From an uncultured Gammaproteobacteria bacterium (GTDB lineage Bacteria; Pseudomonadota; Gammaproteobacteria; Xanthomonadales; SZUA-38), in contig CAYGPO010000006.1 in the NCBI GenBank assembly GCA_964351665.1, forward strand, positions 4,623 through 68,622: a stretch of DNA of 64,000 nt, written 5' to 3'. The translations under genes were made by a program, and so were the position numbers. Position 1 is the first letter of the stretch; each line of letters starts with the position of its first letter. Under the pieces are notes generated by a model. It was not told where the DNA came from and did no database searches. It saw only the letters and a program-made list of their open reading frames with translations. Of this stretch, positions 37,429 to 46,734 are shown piece by piece.

Positions 37429-39048
37429 ATGTTAAGCAAGACAGAAAGTTGCCGTCCTGAGCAAAAGCCCGAATCCGAGGCCTGTTCCAGTGAGCAAATT
37501 CGTGCCCTCAAGCTCGGCCTTGAGTCGATTCTTGAAGCCGACCAGGTGGTGTCTGACACCGATCAGCTGCGGACCCTGTCCAGTGACGTGTACAGCGAAG
37601 GCGTGACCGCGGCGCTGGCCATATCACCCACCGGTCGACGGCGGTTGGCCCAGGCCCTGGCGCTGATTTCCTCCCACGGTTTCGCCGTGTTCCCCCGGGG
37701 TGGCGGCATGAGCTATACCGGCGGCTATTTGCCAGACCGGCCCAAGGCTGTGCTGGTGGACATGGCGGGGATGGACGCCATAGTTGAGATCAGCCCAGAG
37801 GACATGACCATCACCGTTGAGGCGGGGGTAACCTGGAAAAGTATTTACGACGCGCTGGATCCCCTGGGGCTTAGGCTACCCTTTTTCGGCACCTTTTCCG
37901 GCATCCGCGCCACGGTGGGCGGCGGCTTGTCCAACGGTGCCCTGTTCATGGGCACCGCCCGTTACGGCACCGGCGCTGAAATTGTCCTGGGTATGGAGGT
38001 GCTGACCGCTGATGGCAGGATCGTCAGCACCGGTCAGGCGGGTTTCAATAACGGCCGGCCCTATTACCGCAGCTATGGTCCTGATTTGACGGGGCTGTTT
38101 GTGCACGACGCCGGCGCTCTGGGCATCAAGACCCTGGTAACCCTTCGTCTGATCAAAAAACCTGCCGCCAGTGACTACGGTTCGTTTGTCTTTGCCAGTG
38201 CCCAACAGGCGGCAGCGGCGCTGTCCGATATCGCCCGCAGCGGCGCTGTTGAGGAGGTGTATGTCTTTGACCCGGAGACCACTCGTCGCAGCATGAGCGA
38301 GGCAGATCTAAAAGCCGATATTCGCCGGCTGGTTAACGTGATTCGCAGTCAAGGGATTAAGGCCGGGGCTGGGGTTGCGATTGCTGGCCGGAATTTGACC
38401 TCAGACCCTGATGTGTTTTCCCTGCATTATGTGTGCGCTGGAAATAGCCAGGCAGCGGTGCGCGAAGATCAATCAGTCTGTCGCCGTTTGGCGGAAAATC
38501 ACGGCGGCGCTGGCATTGCCGATTCGGTGCCGCGAGCCGTGCGGGCCAATTTATTTGAGCCGCTCAACGGCATTCTTGGTGCCGGCGGTGATCGATGGGC
38601 AGCCATCAATTCCAAAATCGCACACCGGGATGCGCCGGCGATCATTGCTGAGGTAAATAAAATCTTTGCCGGACATGCTGAGGCTATGGCGGCCAACCGA
38701 GTGACCTTCAGCCAGCTGTTTGTGGCCATATCCAACCACGTGTTCAGCTATGAACCCGTGCTGCGTTGGTATGACCAATGGCTGCCGCTACACCGCAGTA
38801 TTCCTGAGCCCGGGCACTTGAAGAAGCTGCAGGAACCTGATTCCAATCCAGCGGGGCGGGCGCTGGTGGAGACGATCCGGCAGGAAATTGTGGCGCTGTT
38901 TCAGGCCAAAGGTGTTGCCAGTACCCAGATAGGGCGTACCTACCCCTACTTTGAATCCCTGAAACCCGAGGCGGCAGGCCTGGTCAAAGCGCTGAAACAG
39001 GAGCTGGATCCCAAAGGCCTGATGAACCCGGGGGCGCTGGGTCTTTAA
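37429..39048 (+). CDS. FAD-binding (PCMH/GlcD-type) oxidoreductase
   Basis: 539 aa. FPRGGGMSYTGG, the block MTITVEAGVTWKSIYDAL...GGGLSNGA, GPDLTGLF and a C-terminal LDPKGLMNPG. Confidence 0.85.
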   Translation: MLSKTESCRPEQKPESEACSSEQIRALKLGLESILEADQVVSDTDQLRTLSSDVYSEGVTAALAISPTGRRRLAQALALISSHGFAVFPRGGGMSYTGGYLPDRPKAVLVDMAGMDAIVEISPEDMTITVEAGVTWKSIYDALDPLGLRLPFFGTFSGIRATVGGGLSNGALFMGTARYGTGAEIVLGMEVLTADGRIVSTGQAGFNNGRPYYRSYGPDLTGLFVHDAGALGIKTLVTLRLIKKPAASDYGSFVFASAQQAAAALSDIARSGAVEEVYVFDPETTRRSMSEADLKADIRRLVNVIRSQGIKAGAGVAIAGRNLTSDPDVFSLHYVCAGNSQAAVREDQSVCRRLAENHGGAGIADSVPRAVRANLFEPLNGILGAGGDRWAAINSKIAHRDAPAIIAEVNKIFAGHAEAMAANRVTFSQLFVAISNHVFSYEPVLRWYDQWLPLHRSIPEPGHLKKLQEPDSNPAGRALVETIRQEIVALFQAKGVASTQIGRTYPYFESLKPEAAGLVKALKQELDPKGLMNPGALGL

Positions 39049-39310
39049 GCCGAGCCGCTATTGAGGGGCGGGTATTGGCTGATAGTCAGCAATCTCGTAG
39101 CAGGTCTGCATGTAGCCAGCGACTTGGCCCTGACGTGACAAAAACTGCACCCTTAAGGACGATGATCGGAGCACCCACCGTTGCCGAAAAAGGTGGCTCA
39201 GGCGCCTGATATGCTAGATTACGCCGTAGTTTTTCCATCACAGCTGTGGTTAATTGGTGCTGCAAACAACGCCATCATTGCCACCCTCGCAAAGACTAAG
39301 GAAATCGCCC

Positions 39311-39958
39311 ATGACCCACAGCCAGATTCCCACCTTGATATTGACCACGATAATTTTCGCCGGGGGGTTCAGTTCCGCTGGTCAGGCCCTGGAGTTTGAA
39401 GATTACGATTATTCTCGCTGGTCTCAGGAGGTCACCGAGTGTGACCGGCTGACTTCCCATGGACGTGATCCAGGGCATGTGGCAGACCCAGTCAGTAGCA
39501 GCGGCATGGACAAAGATGCCGCCATCGTAGCCTGCACTATGGCGGTGAAAAACGATCCTGACAACCCACGGCTGAACTACCAGCTGGGCAGGGCTTATGG
39601 ATATTCGGGCCGCGGCGAGGAGGCCATGCCCTACCGGCTGAAAGCCTTGTCCATGAACTATCCCCAGTCCACCTTTGTGATTGGTTACCTGTATCTGCTG
39701 GGTCAGACCATTGAACAAGATATCTGCAAGACCCTTGAGCTGTGGCAACGATCTGCCCGTAACCGACGTCTGGCAGCACTGGTTTCCCTGCCCAGGCACT
39801 ATCTCCGTGGGGACTTTGACCAGTGTAATAAAACCATCAGTGATGCTGATCTGGCTGCCTACCTGGATGAGGCAGACAAGATATCCAGCGACTACTACGT
39901 GGGCATGCTGGTGGAGGACATCCGGCAGGACCTGAAAATGGCCACGGGTGGTGAGTAA
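39311..39958 (+). CDS. secreted Sel1/TPR-like repeat protein
   Basis: Start at ATG 39311 (RBS aaggaaa). Signal peptide. Repeats of the kind NPRLNYQLGRAYGYSGRGEEA...AL and YLYLLGQTIEQDICKTLELWQRSA. Confidence 0.55.
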   Translation: MTHSQIPTLILTTIIFAGGFSSAGQALEFEDYDYSRWSQEVTECDRLTSHGRDPGHVADPVSSSGMDKDAAIVACTMAVKNDPDNPRLNYQLGRAYGYSGRGEEAMPYRLKALSMNYPQSTFVIGYLYLLGQTIEQDICKTLELWQRSARNRRLAALVSLPRHYLRGDFDQCNKTISDADLAAYLDEADKISSDYYVGMLVEDIRQDLKMATGGE

Positions 39959-39964
39959 GCGGCA

Positions 39965-40912
39965 ATGGCTCAGCAGGGGGCGGGCCTTGTTGCCTGGCAA
40001 TGCGTGTCCGTTGGCGTTGCCAACCTGGACCATGCACTGGCGCTGTGGCGCGACACCTTTGGTTTCGAACAGCGCGGGGAGGTCCATGGCCCTGATGCAG
40101 ATCTCGCTGAACTATGGGATATAGACGCTGATGCCATCAGCCGCCAGGTTCTGCTAGGAACTGGCGGCATGGATGTTGGGCGATTGCATTTGGTGCAGTT
40201 TGCGCAGCCGGCGGCGCCGGTGCGCGCTAAGGCCCAGGTGTTTGACCTGTGCCCAAAGAACCTGGACATTTACGTCGATGATCTGCCGCTGCGGTTTGAA
40301 CAACTCAAACGCCGCGGATATCAATTCCGCAACGATCATTACAGCGAAGTGACGGCGCCGGACGGCACTGTATTTCGCGAAATTCATCTGCCTTCCCATG
40401 ACGCCATCAATGTGGTTTTGCTGCAGGTATTGGGGGACAGCCATCCCTATACGCTTAAGGGTTTTGCCGGGATTGGGCCGCTGATTGCGATCGTTAGCAG
40501 CGCTGCTGCCGAGAAGGCCTTTTTTGCCCAGGCCCTGGGCATGGGTATGCAGGCCGATAATCTGCTCAGTGGTCCCGAGGTTGAGAAAATGGTGGGCCTG
40601 CCTCCCGGCGCGGAGCTGGACGTGAGTATTTGGGGCGCCCCCGGTGGCCACTTTGGTCAAATGGAGTTGATTGAGTATCGCGGCGTAAAAGGCGCCAATT
40701 TGTATCCCGCGGCCAAGCCGCCGGCCCTGGGGGTGCTACATGTCAACTACCGCTGCGACAGCCCCCAGATGTACAGTAATTTGGCCGAACGATTGCAGCA
40801 GTTGAACGTGCCGGTTCAGCGCCGAAGGCCGATCCGCAGTCTGGCAGGCAATGGTGAGGTGATGACGGTTTTTACGCCGACAGGTTTACGGCTTGATGTT
40901 TTTTCAGGATAA
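39965..40912 (+). CDS. two-domain VOC superfamily protein
   Basis: 315 aa. VSVGVANLDHALALWRDTFGFEQ starts domain 1. IVSSAAAEKAFFAQALGMGMQ starts domain 2. Confidence 0.6.
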   Translation: MAQQGAGLVAWQCVSVGVANLDHALALWRDTFGFEQRGEVHGPDADLAELWDIDADAISRQVLLGTGGMDVGRLHLVQFAQPAAPVRAKAQVFDLCPKNLDIYVDDLPLRFEQLKRRGYQFRNDHYSEVTAPDGTVFREIHLPSHDAINVVLLQVLGDSHPYTLKGFAGIGPLIAIVSSAAAEKAFFAQALGMGMQADNLLSGPEVEKMVGLPPGAELDVSIWGAPGGHFGQMELIEYRGVKGANLYPAAKPPALGVLHVNYRCDSPQMYSNLAERLQQLNVPVQRRRPIRSLAGNGEVMTVFTPTGLRLDVFSG

Positions 40913-40921
40913 CGGAGAACG

Positions 40922-41854
40922 ATGATGCGCTTAGTGGTTAAAGTGGTTGGGCTTTGCATGGCAGCCTGCCTGTTACCTGCTTCCATGGCTCGGGCTCAGG
41001 GCCAGGACAGTCAGCCTTACGAACGGGATCTGATGGTTATCGCCACGATGCTTCAGGGCAGTTTCGATAACGCCAACCAAAATTATTTTGATCAAAGAGG
41101 CAAACGAAACCGGCGACATCGACGAATCCATCAAACCGTTCAGAAGCTTGAGTTTGCCGATCTTGGTAGTGAGGTTTTTTTGCTTTCCGGCTACTGGGAC
41201 AGTGAGCCGAGTAATGCAACCGGGTCCCAGATATGGTCCCTGAGCGCCGATCCGGTCAGCGAGTCGGTTCGCATGCGAATGTGGTCTGTGCCATCGGCGG
41301 TCAGTGCTTCCAATTTGCCTGATGCCGGCGCGCTGGCAAGCCCCTGCGATCTTTTCTGGGGTCGGGAAGCCGCTCAGTTTCGGGCCCGGGGCGCCGGCAG
41401 CTGTGGCCAGGATTTGCCCATGGAAATTGTCATCAGTGACAAGCAGCTGTGGACCACCTATGTCGAAAGCGGCAAGGACTTTCAAATGCATCGGGTTCGC
41501 CATTTTGATTGTTACGCCGATATCCCCGGCGTGGGTGGCGGCCGGGACGAGCCCTTCGAGCGGTATGAGGGTTTTAAGGTCCATGACCAGGGCGGTGCGG
41601 CATGGTTTACCTCAAAAGCGGGCCGTGAACTGGGCATAAGCCTATTCCTGGTGGACTGGCCGATCAACAACTATGACGGCTTTTTCGCCCGAGATTCTCT
41701 GGTGGTCTACCTAAGCGAGCGTATTGACGGAGAAACCAAAGAGCATGGCTACGCCTTTACCGTTCCCGATGCCGATCGGGTGGGTATTAATCTGAAGTGG
41801 GCGCTGGTCAATTGTCATATGAAGTCCAGCCGCTTTGAGACGCCGTTTATGTAA
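40922..41854 (+). CDS. secreted hypothetical protein with CpcT/CpeT-like N-terminal motif
   Basis: Signal peptide ...ASMARAQG. LQGSFDNANQNYFD resembles the L-x-G-x-F-S-N-x-x-Q motif of CpcT-type lipocalin-like proteins. I do not recognise the C-terminal half. Confidence 0.4.
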   Translation: MMRLVVKVVGLCMAACLLPASMARAQGQDSQPYERDLMVIATMLQGSFDNANQNYFDQRGKRNRRHRRIHQTVQKLEFADLGSEVFLLSGYWDSEPSNATGSQIWSLSADPVSESVRMRMWSVPSAVSASNLPDAGALASPCDLFWGREAAQFRARGAGSCGQDLPMEIVISDKQLWTTYVESGKDFQMHRVRHFDCYADIPGVGGGRDEPFERYEGFKVHDQGGAAWFTSKAGRELGISLFLVDWPINNYDGFFARDSLVVYLSERIDGETKEHGYAFTVPDADRVGINLKWALVNCHMKSSRFETPFM

Positions 41855-41880
41855 TGGGCGCAGCCCGTGAGCCCGGCCCA

Positions 41881-43206
41881 CTAAGCAATGCCTTCGCGCT
41901 CCTGCTTATCAGCCTCCGCCCGATAACGGCGCAGGGCATAGGGGATCAGCAGCAGGGCAGGTATGCCAAAAATGGCCGGCACTGCAGCCACGGCGTAGTT
42001 GAGATTTTCATTCCCAAACACATTGTCGGACAGCCAGCCCACGGTACCGGGTCCCAGCAACAGCCCGGCAAGGCTCATGGTCATGTAATACAGCGCTACC
42101 GTTGATCCGCGGATTTCACTGGGGGTAATGTTGATCAGCGCCGTGACGCCGGTGGCCGACGCCAGGGCGATTCCACAGGTGTTAAATACGATGACCACGA
42201 AGGCTAACACCGGGCTTGGCATCAGCGGCGCAATAATGCCCGTTGGCACTAACACACACACGCCTATGATGATGATCAGCAGCGGCGTTTCCTTTTTGCC
42301 CCGGGCATAAAATTTATCGTTCAGCCAACCGGCAATGTTGACCGTGAGTGGTCCCACCGCCAGCAGCACAAAGGCGTTAACCGTTGCATAGGTTTGTGCC
42401 TCCCAGCCCCAGGTGCGCAGAAACATCGGTGCGTACCAGCCCTGGCTATAAGCAACGATGGTCATCACGCAAACAAAATAAACAAAGCTGGCATAGGTTT
42501 TCCAACGCGAACCCACGTGGGCCAGCATGACGGAGAATTTTGGCGCGACCACGGTCCCGGTGGTGCGCTGCCTGGGTGGTTCACGCAGGGTCAGAATCAG
42601 GGGCGCCAGAAACAGTCCGGGTAGTCCAACGATGATAAAGGTCAGCTGCCAGGGCGCGATGGTTCCAAACAGCGGCACGCTGACCTGATCAACGGACTTG
42701 GCCCAGACCAGGATTCCTGCGCTGAGCAGCGAGGCAATGCCGGCTCCGATGGACAGTGCTGCGGTATAAAATGCAATGGGCCTGCCGCGCTTTTCTCTGG
42801 GGAAGCTGTCAGAGATCATAGACATGGTGCAGGGGTTGAGGGTGGCTTCACCAGCGCCAACGGACATCCGTGCAATAAACATATGCAAAAAATTCTTTGC
42901 CATACCCGATGCAACGGTTGCTGCGGACCAGACCGCAATGCCCGCCGCCACCATTACCGTGCGGCGCTTGCGATCGGCCAGATAGCCAAGGGGTAAACCC
43001 ATGGTGGCGTAGAACAGTGAGAAGGCCAGCCCTAAAAGGTAGCCGATCTGAGTGTCAGTCAGGCCAAGGTCTGCTTTGATGGGTTCGATCAGCAGCCCAA
43101 GTATGTATCGATCAATGAAGGACAGCACGTAGGCAACGGTGAGCAGTATCACCATGTACCAGGCATATCGTGTGCTGGGATACTGACGCTGGATTTGTTC
43201 TGCCAT
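41881..43206 (-). CDS. MFS transporter (Spinster-like subgroup)
   Basis: 441 aa. YAWYMVILLTVAYVLSFIDRYILGLLIEPIKADLGLTDTQIGYLLGLAFSLFYATMGLPLGYLADR. Confidence 0.85.
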   Translation of the reverse strand: MAEQIQRQYPSTRYAWYMVILLTVAYVLSFIDRYILGLLIEPIKADLGLTDTQIGYLLGLAFSLFYATMGLPLGYLADRKRRTVMVAAGIAVWSAATVASGMAKNFLHMFIARMSVGAGEATLNPCTMSMISDSFPREKRGRPIAFYTAALSIGAGIASLLSAGILVWAKSVDQVSVPLFGTIAPWQLTFIIVGLPGLFLAPLILTLREPPRQRTTGTVVAPKFSVMLAHVGSRWKTYASFVYFVCVMTIVAYSQGWYAPMFLRTWGWEAQTYATVNAFVLLAVGPLTVNIAGWLNDKFYARGKKETPLLIIIIGVCVLVPTGIIAPLMPSPVLAFVVIVFNTCGIALASATGVTALINITPSEIRGSTVALYYMTMSLAGLLLGPGTVGWLSDNVFGNENLNYAVAAVPAIFGIPALLLIPYALRRYRAEADKQEREGIA

Positions 43207-43210
43207 CGAC

Positions 43211-43660
43211 TCAGCCCGCCTTGGGGATTTTGTAGATCACCACCAGGTTGCCGTCACCATCAACAATCCCCACTTCCTGGCCAATGCGGCCATCGTGGGT
43301 ATGCAGCTGTTGTTCCGGGTAAACCTTAAGCCCCAGTTTCTCAGCGCCGGCGCAGACCTGCTCCACGTTCCCTACCTCAAGCACGATGGCGGCCCGGCGG
43401 GGAAACGGCAGCGGAGGTAGGTCTGCTGGAACTTCAGTCAGGGCCATTACTCTGACCTGATCTTTGGTGCTGAGAACGGCAAAGCGTATGGCGTGGATGT
43501 GATCAATTTCAAACACCGGGTAGGAGTAGGAGTCTTGGGGTGAATCCTTAATAAAGGCAATCTCAAATCCCAGCACGTCGCGGTAAAATTTCAGCGACTG
43601 ATCAATGTTCTTGACCAGGTAGTTGGCGCGTTGAAAACGAACATAGGGCTGTTCAGACAT
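43211..43660 (-). CDS. VOC (glyoxalase-fold) family protein
   Basis: 149 aa. YLVKNIDQSLKFYRDVLGFEIAF. 4-nt gap to the downstream MFS gene, so probably an operon. Confidence 0.75.
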   Translation of the reverse strand: MSEQPYVRFQRANYLVKNIDQSLKFYRDVLGFEIAFIKDSPQDSYSYPVFEIDHIHAIRFAVLSTKDQVRVMALTEVPADLPPLPFPRRAAIVLEVGNVEQVCAGAEKLGLKVYPEQQLHTHDGRIGQEVGIVDGDGNLVVIYKIPKAG

Positions 43661-43920
43661 GTCAGTTCCTGTCAGTGATTGAGGCTTGCAAAGGCGGTCA
43701 TTTTTCCTGCAAACGTTATTTTGTTATATCATTATGTCATTAAATCGGGGCGTCACTGCAAGCCAAGCCGGCTTCGGCACCGGCCCGCACAAGGTGTTCA
43801 GGAATCCTATTATGCTGCGCGGTCTGACCGTCATTATCCTGCTGTTGCTATCGGCCCGGCCATCCAAGGCTGATTCGGCGGTTAGCGCCGGCTATTATGC
43901 GTCGAAGGCGAGTCCCCAAA

Positions 43921-44733
43921 ATGACAGATGACCGTGGAACAACGCTCCTGGGGCGGAAGTCAGGCAAGGGTTCCAGGGGAGCACTAACGCTGCTGCTGGT
44001 TTTATTGCTGGTAGCAGGGGTCTTTTTACCGCAGGAGCCCGCAGAGGCCGAGGAGAATCGCGTGATTGCAGTGTTAGGAACCGGACGGGTAGGCGATGCC
44101 CTGGGGCCGCGCTTTGCGGCCCTGGGTATGACGGTGATCTATGGCTCCAGAGAGCCACAGCGAGACGATGTTGTAGCGCTGGTTGAAAAAACCGGCAATG
44201 GCGCCGCGGCGGCCAGCAACGCCGAGGCTGCAGCTGATGCCGATATTATTGTTATTGCCACCCCTTACCGTGCCATTGACTCGGTGATTGAGTCCCTGTT
44301 CGGGCTGGAAGGAAAGATCATCCTGGATATCAGCAACGCCCTGGCACCCACCGACGATGGCTTGATGGGCATGGCGTCTGAGACCTCCGCCGGCGAGGAG
44401 CTGCAGGCAGCGTTACCGGATTTGCAGGTGGTCAAAGCCTTCAATACCGTGGGCTTCCACGTGATGGCTAATCCCGCTGCCGCCGGCGGACCGGTGACCG
44501 TGCCCCTGGCCGGCAACAGCGCCCAGGCCAAAGCTAGCATTGCTGAGCTGGTGACAAGCTTGGGTTTTGAAACCATTGACGTTGGGCCTATTCGTCACGC
44601 TCGTTACCTGGAGGGCATGACGGCGCTGTACATGGTTCCGTATTTTCAGGGCCGTCGACAGGAAGCCTTTGAATTTTATTTCCGCCAGGGCGCCAGCCCG
44701 GAGAAAAGTAGCGGCGTTCGGGCCGCCCAGTAG
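43921..44733 (+). CDS. NADPH-dependent F420 reductase-like (NAD(P)-binding Rossmann) protein with N-terminal membrane anchor
   Basis: [32 protein letters not shown] and [10 protein letters not shown] match the family. It is preceded by [16 protein letters not shown]. The start could be ATG 43897. Confidence 0.65.
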   Translation: MTDDRGTTLLGRKSGKGSRGALTLLLVLLLVAGVFLPQEPAEAEENRVIAVLGTGRVGDALGPRFAALGMTVIYGSREPQRDDVVALVEKTGNGAAAASNAEAAADADIIVIATPYRAIDSVIESLFGLEGKIILDISNALAPTDDGLMGMASETSAGEELQAALPDLQVVKAFNTVGFHVMANPAAAGGPVTVPLAGNSAQAKASIAELVTSLGFETIDVGPIRHARYLEGMTALYMVPYFQGRRQEAFEFYFRQGASPEKSSGVRAAQ

Positions 44734-44789
44734 CGGCGGCTTGGAACCGGCCCACCAACGGTTTCATAGTGATTAACCGCCGCTGGCGC

Positions 44790-45245
44790 TCACCAAGGGC
44801 TTCTAACGTTGGCGTTATAGGCTCGCCGGACAAAGGGCAGGGGGCCCAGCGGGGCTTCGGCGTAGTGGATGAATCGCCACTGTCCATTGCGCCGTTTCAA
44901 AATGCTGCTGACCCGAACGTCAATGCCTACGGGTTTAAAGCCCTGGGCTGCGGCGCCCCGCATGCTGGCGTCCACGTGCATATCAAAGGTGGCCACGGTG
45001 TAGGTGTCGGTGAGGGCTTTGTATTGGGTGTTGCTGACCCACAGCTGGACCTTCTCCACCGTTGCCGCGGTTCGTTCAAAATACGCGCTCACCTGGGGCC
45101 AGCGATACATGGGCTGCTCCATTTCCTCTGCCACGTAGTAAATCTCAGATTCGCTGCTGTCCCACAGTTTGCTCAGGGCGGCGAAATCCATCGCGTTCCA
45201 GGCCGCCGAGTAAGCGTCTATGGTTAGTTCAGGGCTTGTCGGCAT
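44790..45245 (-). CDS. SnoaL/DUF4440-like NTF2-fold protein
   Basis: Start at MPTSPELTIDAYSAAWNAMDFAALSKLWD. C-terminal NGQWRFIHYAEAP. Confidence 0.6.
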   Translation of the reverse strand: MPTSPELTIDAYSAAWNAMDFAALSKLWDSSESEIYYVAEEMEQPMYRWPQVSAYFERTAATVEKVQLWVSNTQYKALTDTYTVATFDMHVDASMRGAAAQGFKPVGIDVRVSSILKRRNGQWRFIHYAEAPLGPLPFVRRAYNANVRSPW

Positions 45246-45708
45246 TGGGTGTGTGCTCCAGGTTAAGGGCTGGGTATCGGACCGCAAAGGTCTCAAAGGA
45301 AATCAAGGTCGAGGCCGTGCAGCTCAAACCAAAGGGCGCAAGCTGGCGGTTAAACCAGGGCAGGTGGCTGTCCTGCCAGACCTTCAGCTGGCGCACCCTG
45401 GGGCCATCAATTTTGGTGTGCTGCTCGGTGATTTTTCCGTAGGGCACGTGCTCGATCTTGACCAGCTGCACGGCAATGGCTGGCTCAGCGTTGGCGTCCA
45501 GCAGCAAGATCCCATCACCCACGGCGGGCCGCTCCCTGCCGGTTTGAGTGTCAACCTCAGGGATGCTGACCGTGCCGGTTTTGTTGCCGCTGGCAATCAG
45601 TCTCAAGATGACGCTATTGAGCTCTGGCTGCAGGCCTATCTGACGGCTGGAATAATGCTGAGGAAGTTGGCTGCAGCTGGCCCGAGCCTGACGCCAGAAT
45701 GTGTCCAT
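45229..45708 (-). CDS. ASCH domain protein
   Basis: My re-translation from ATG 45708 gives MDTFWRQ...ELNSVILRLIASGNKTGTVSI...GDGILLLDANAEPAIAVQLVKIEHVPYGKITEQHTKIDG...LKVWQDSHLPWF...ISFETFAV, which is the ASCH pattern. The track ORF 45229..46047 is an over-extension. 17-nt overlap with the SnoaL-like start. Confidence 0.6.
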   Translation of the reverse strand: MDTFWRQARASCSQLPQHYSSRQIGLQPELNSVILRLIASGNKTGTVSIPEVDTQTGRERPAVGDGILLLDANAEPAIAVQLVKIEHVPYGKITEQHTKIDGPRVRQLKVWQDSHLPWFNRQLAPFGLSCTASTLISFETFAVRYPALNLEHTPNADKP

Positions 45709-45807
45709 GGAACGGCTGTGGCTAGGCTGGTTCAAAAGGCCTCCAGGTGCAATGCTCAGGCTGATAGTAAACCACTGCTGATTCGTTAACGCTAACGGGA
45801 GAACCCC

Positions 45808-46734
45808 ATGAACTACCTTTACGGCCCGCTGATTTCCAGTTCCGACGGCGATTTTCATCAACGTATGTTTGAACAGGTTTTTGAGCTGGAAACCGTTTCC
45901 CAGGCCGCCATGGACTCGGACTCCGTTAGCCGGGTCTTTGGCCTTACTCATTGCTCGGCCACCTTTACCGCGCTGGTCACGCCGGCAACGCGCTATGGCG
46001 TGTGTGTGGTTGAATTTGACCCCGGAGCTAATGAAACCATTCGCCACCGCAGCCGTGGTCTGGTGCCCGGAGCCGCCAAAGTCATCGACTTTTTTGTCCG
46101 GGACCTGGAACAGGCGCTGGCCAGAGCGCGGGATTTTGGTCTGCAGATCAATGACGAGATTGCCACCTATCAGTCACCGGAAGGCACCGTCCGGGAGGCC
46201 CACGCCTGGGTCCTGGATGAGGTGGTCTGCGCCATGATTGATCCGCCACCGGCGATGATGGAAAAATTCTCCTGCGACCTGCAGCGGGCGGTGTCTGAGC
46301 CCCAAAGCATTTCCGGGCCTACCACCGAGCTGGAAGCGTCGGCGGACTTCTTCCATCGCCTGTTTGGCTTTGAGGTGATTTATCGCTATGAGGTTAATGA
46401 CTCAAATTTTGGTGAGATGATCGGCAGCACCGAGCCGGTCAACATCAAGGCGAAAAACGTCGGTTGGAATCTGCGCGCGCCCTATATCGGGATGATTGAT
46501 TACGGTCTGGCCAAGCCGGGGGATGAAACCATCAAGCCTGTGCTTCCGCCGATTCGGGGCCTGCTGGGCGTAATCGTCATTACCGACGAGATGGCGGCTG
46601 TTGTTAGCCGGGCTCCCGATGACGCGGTGCTGGTTCCCCTCTCCCGGGGCGGCCTTCCCGGTCCCTGGGAAACTGCCCAAAGCCTGCTGCTGCGAGCACC
46701 CAACGGCATGGCGCTGCTGGTGATAGAGCCTTGA
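45808..46734 (+). CDS. two-domain VOC superfamily protein (paralog of 39965..40912)
   Basis: 308 aa, with the same two-domain layout. FHQRMFEQVFELE starts domain 1 and SADFFHRLFGFEVIY starts domain 2. Confidence 0.55.
   Translation: MNYLYGPLISSSDGDFHQRMFEQVFELETVSQAAMDSDSVSRVFGLTHCSATFTALVTPATRYGVCVVEFDPGANETIRHRSRGLVPGAAKVIDFFVRDLEQALARARDFGLQINDEIATYQSPEGTVREAHAWVLDEVVCAMIDPPPAMMEKFSCDLQRAVSEPQSISGPTTELEASADFFHRLFGFEVIYRYEVNDSNFGEMIGSTEPVNIKAKNVGWNLRAPYIGMIDYGLAKPGDETIKPVLPPIRGLLGVIVITDEMAAVVSRAPDDAVLVPLSRGGLPGPWETAQSLLLRAPNGMALLVIEP

Noticed and set aside
45220-45789. Plus-strand ORF 45220..45789 (189 aa), and the N-terminal half of minus-strand ORF 45229..46047.
   Set aside because: The composition is non-protein-like. 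The region is better explained by a 159-aa ASCH gene on the minus strand (45229..45708) and the VOC gene starting at 45808.
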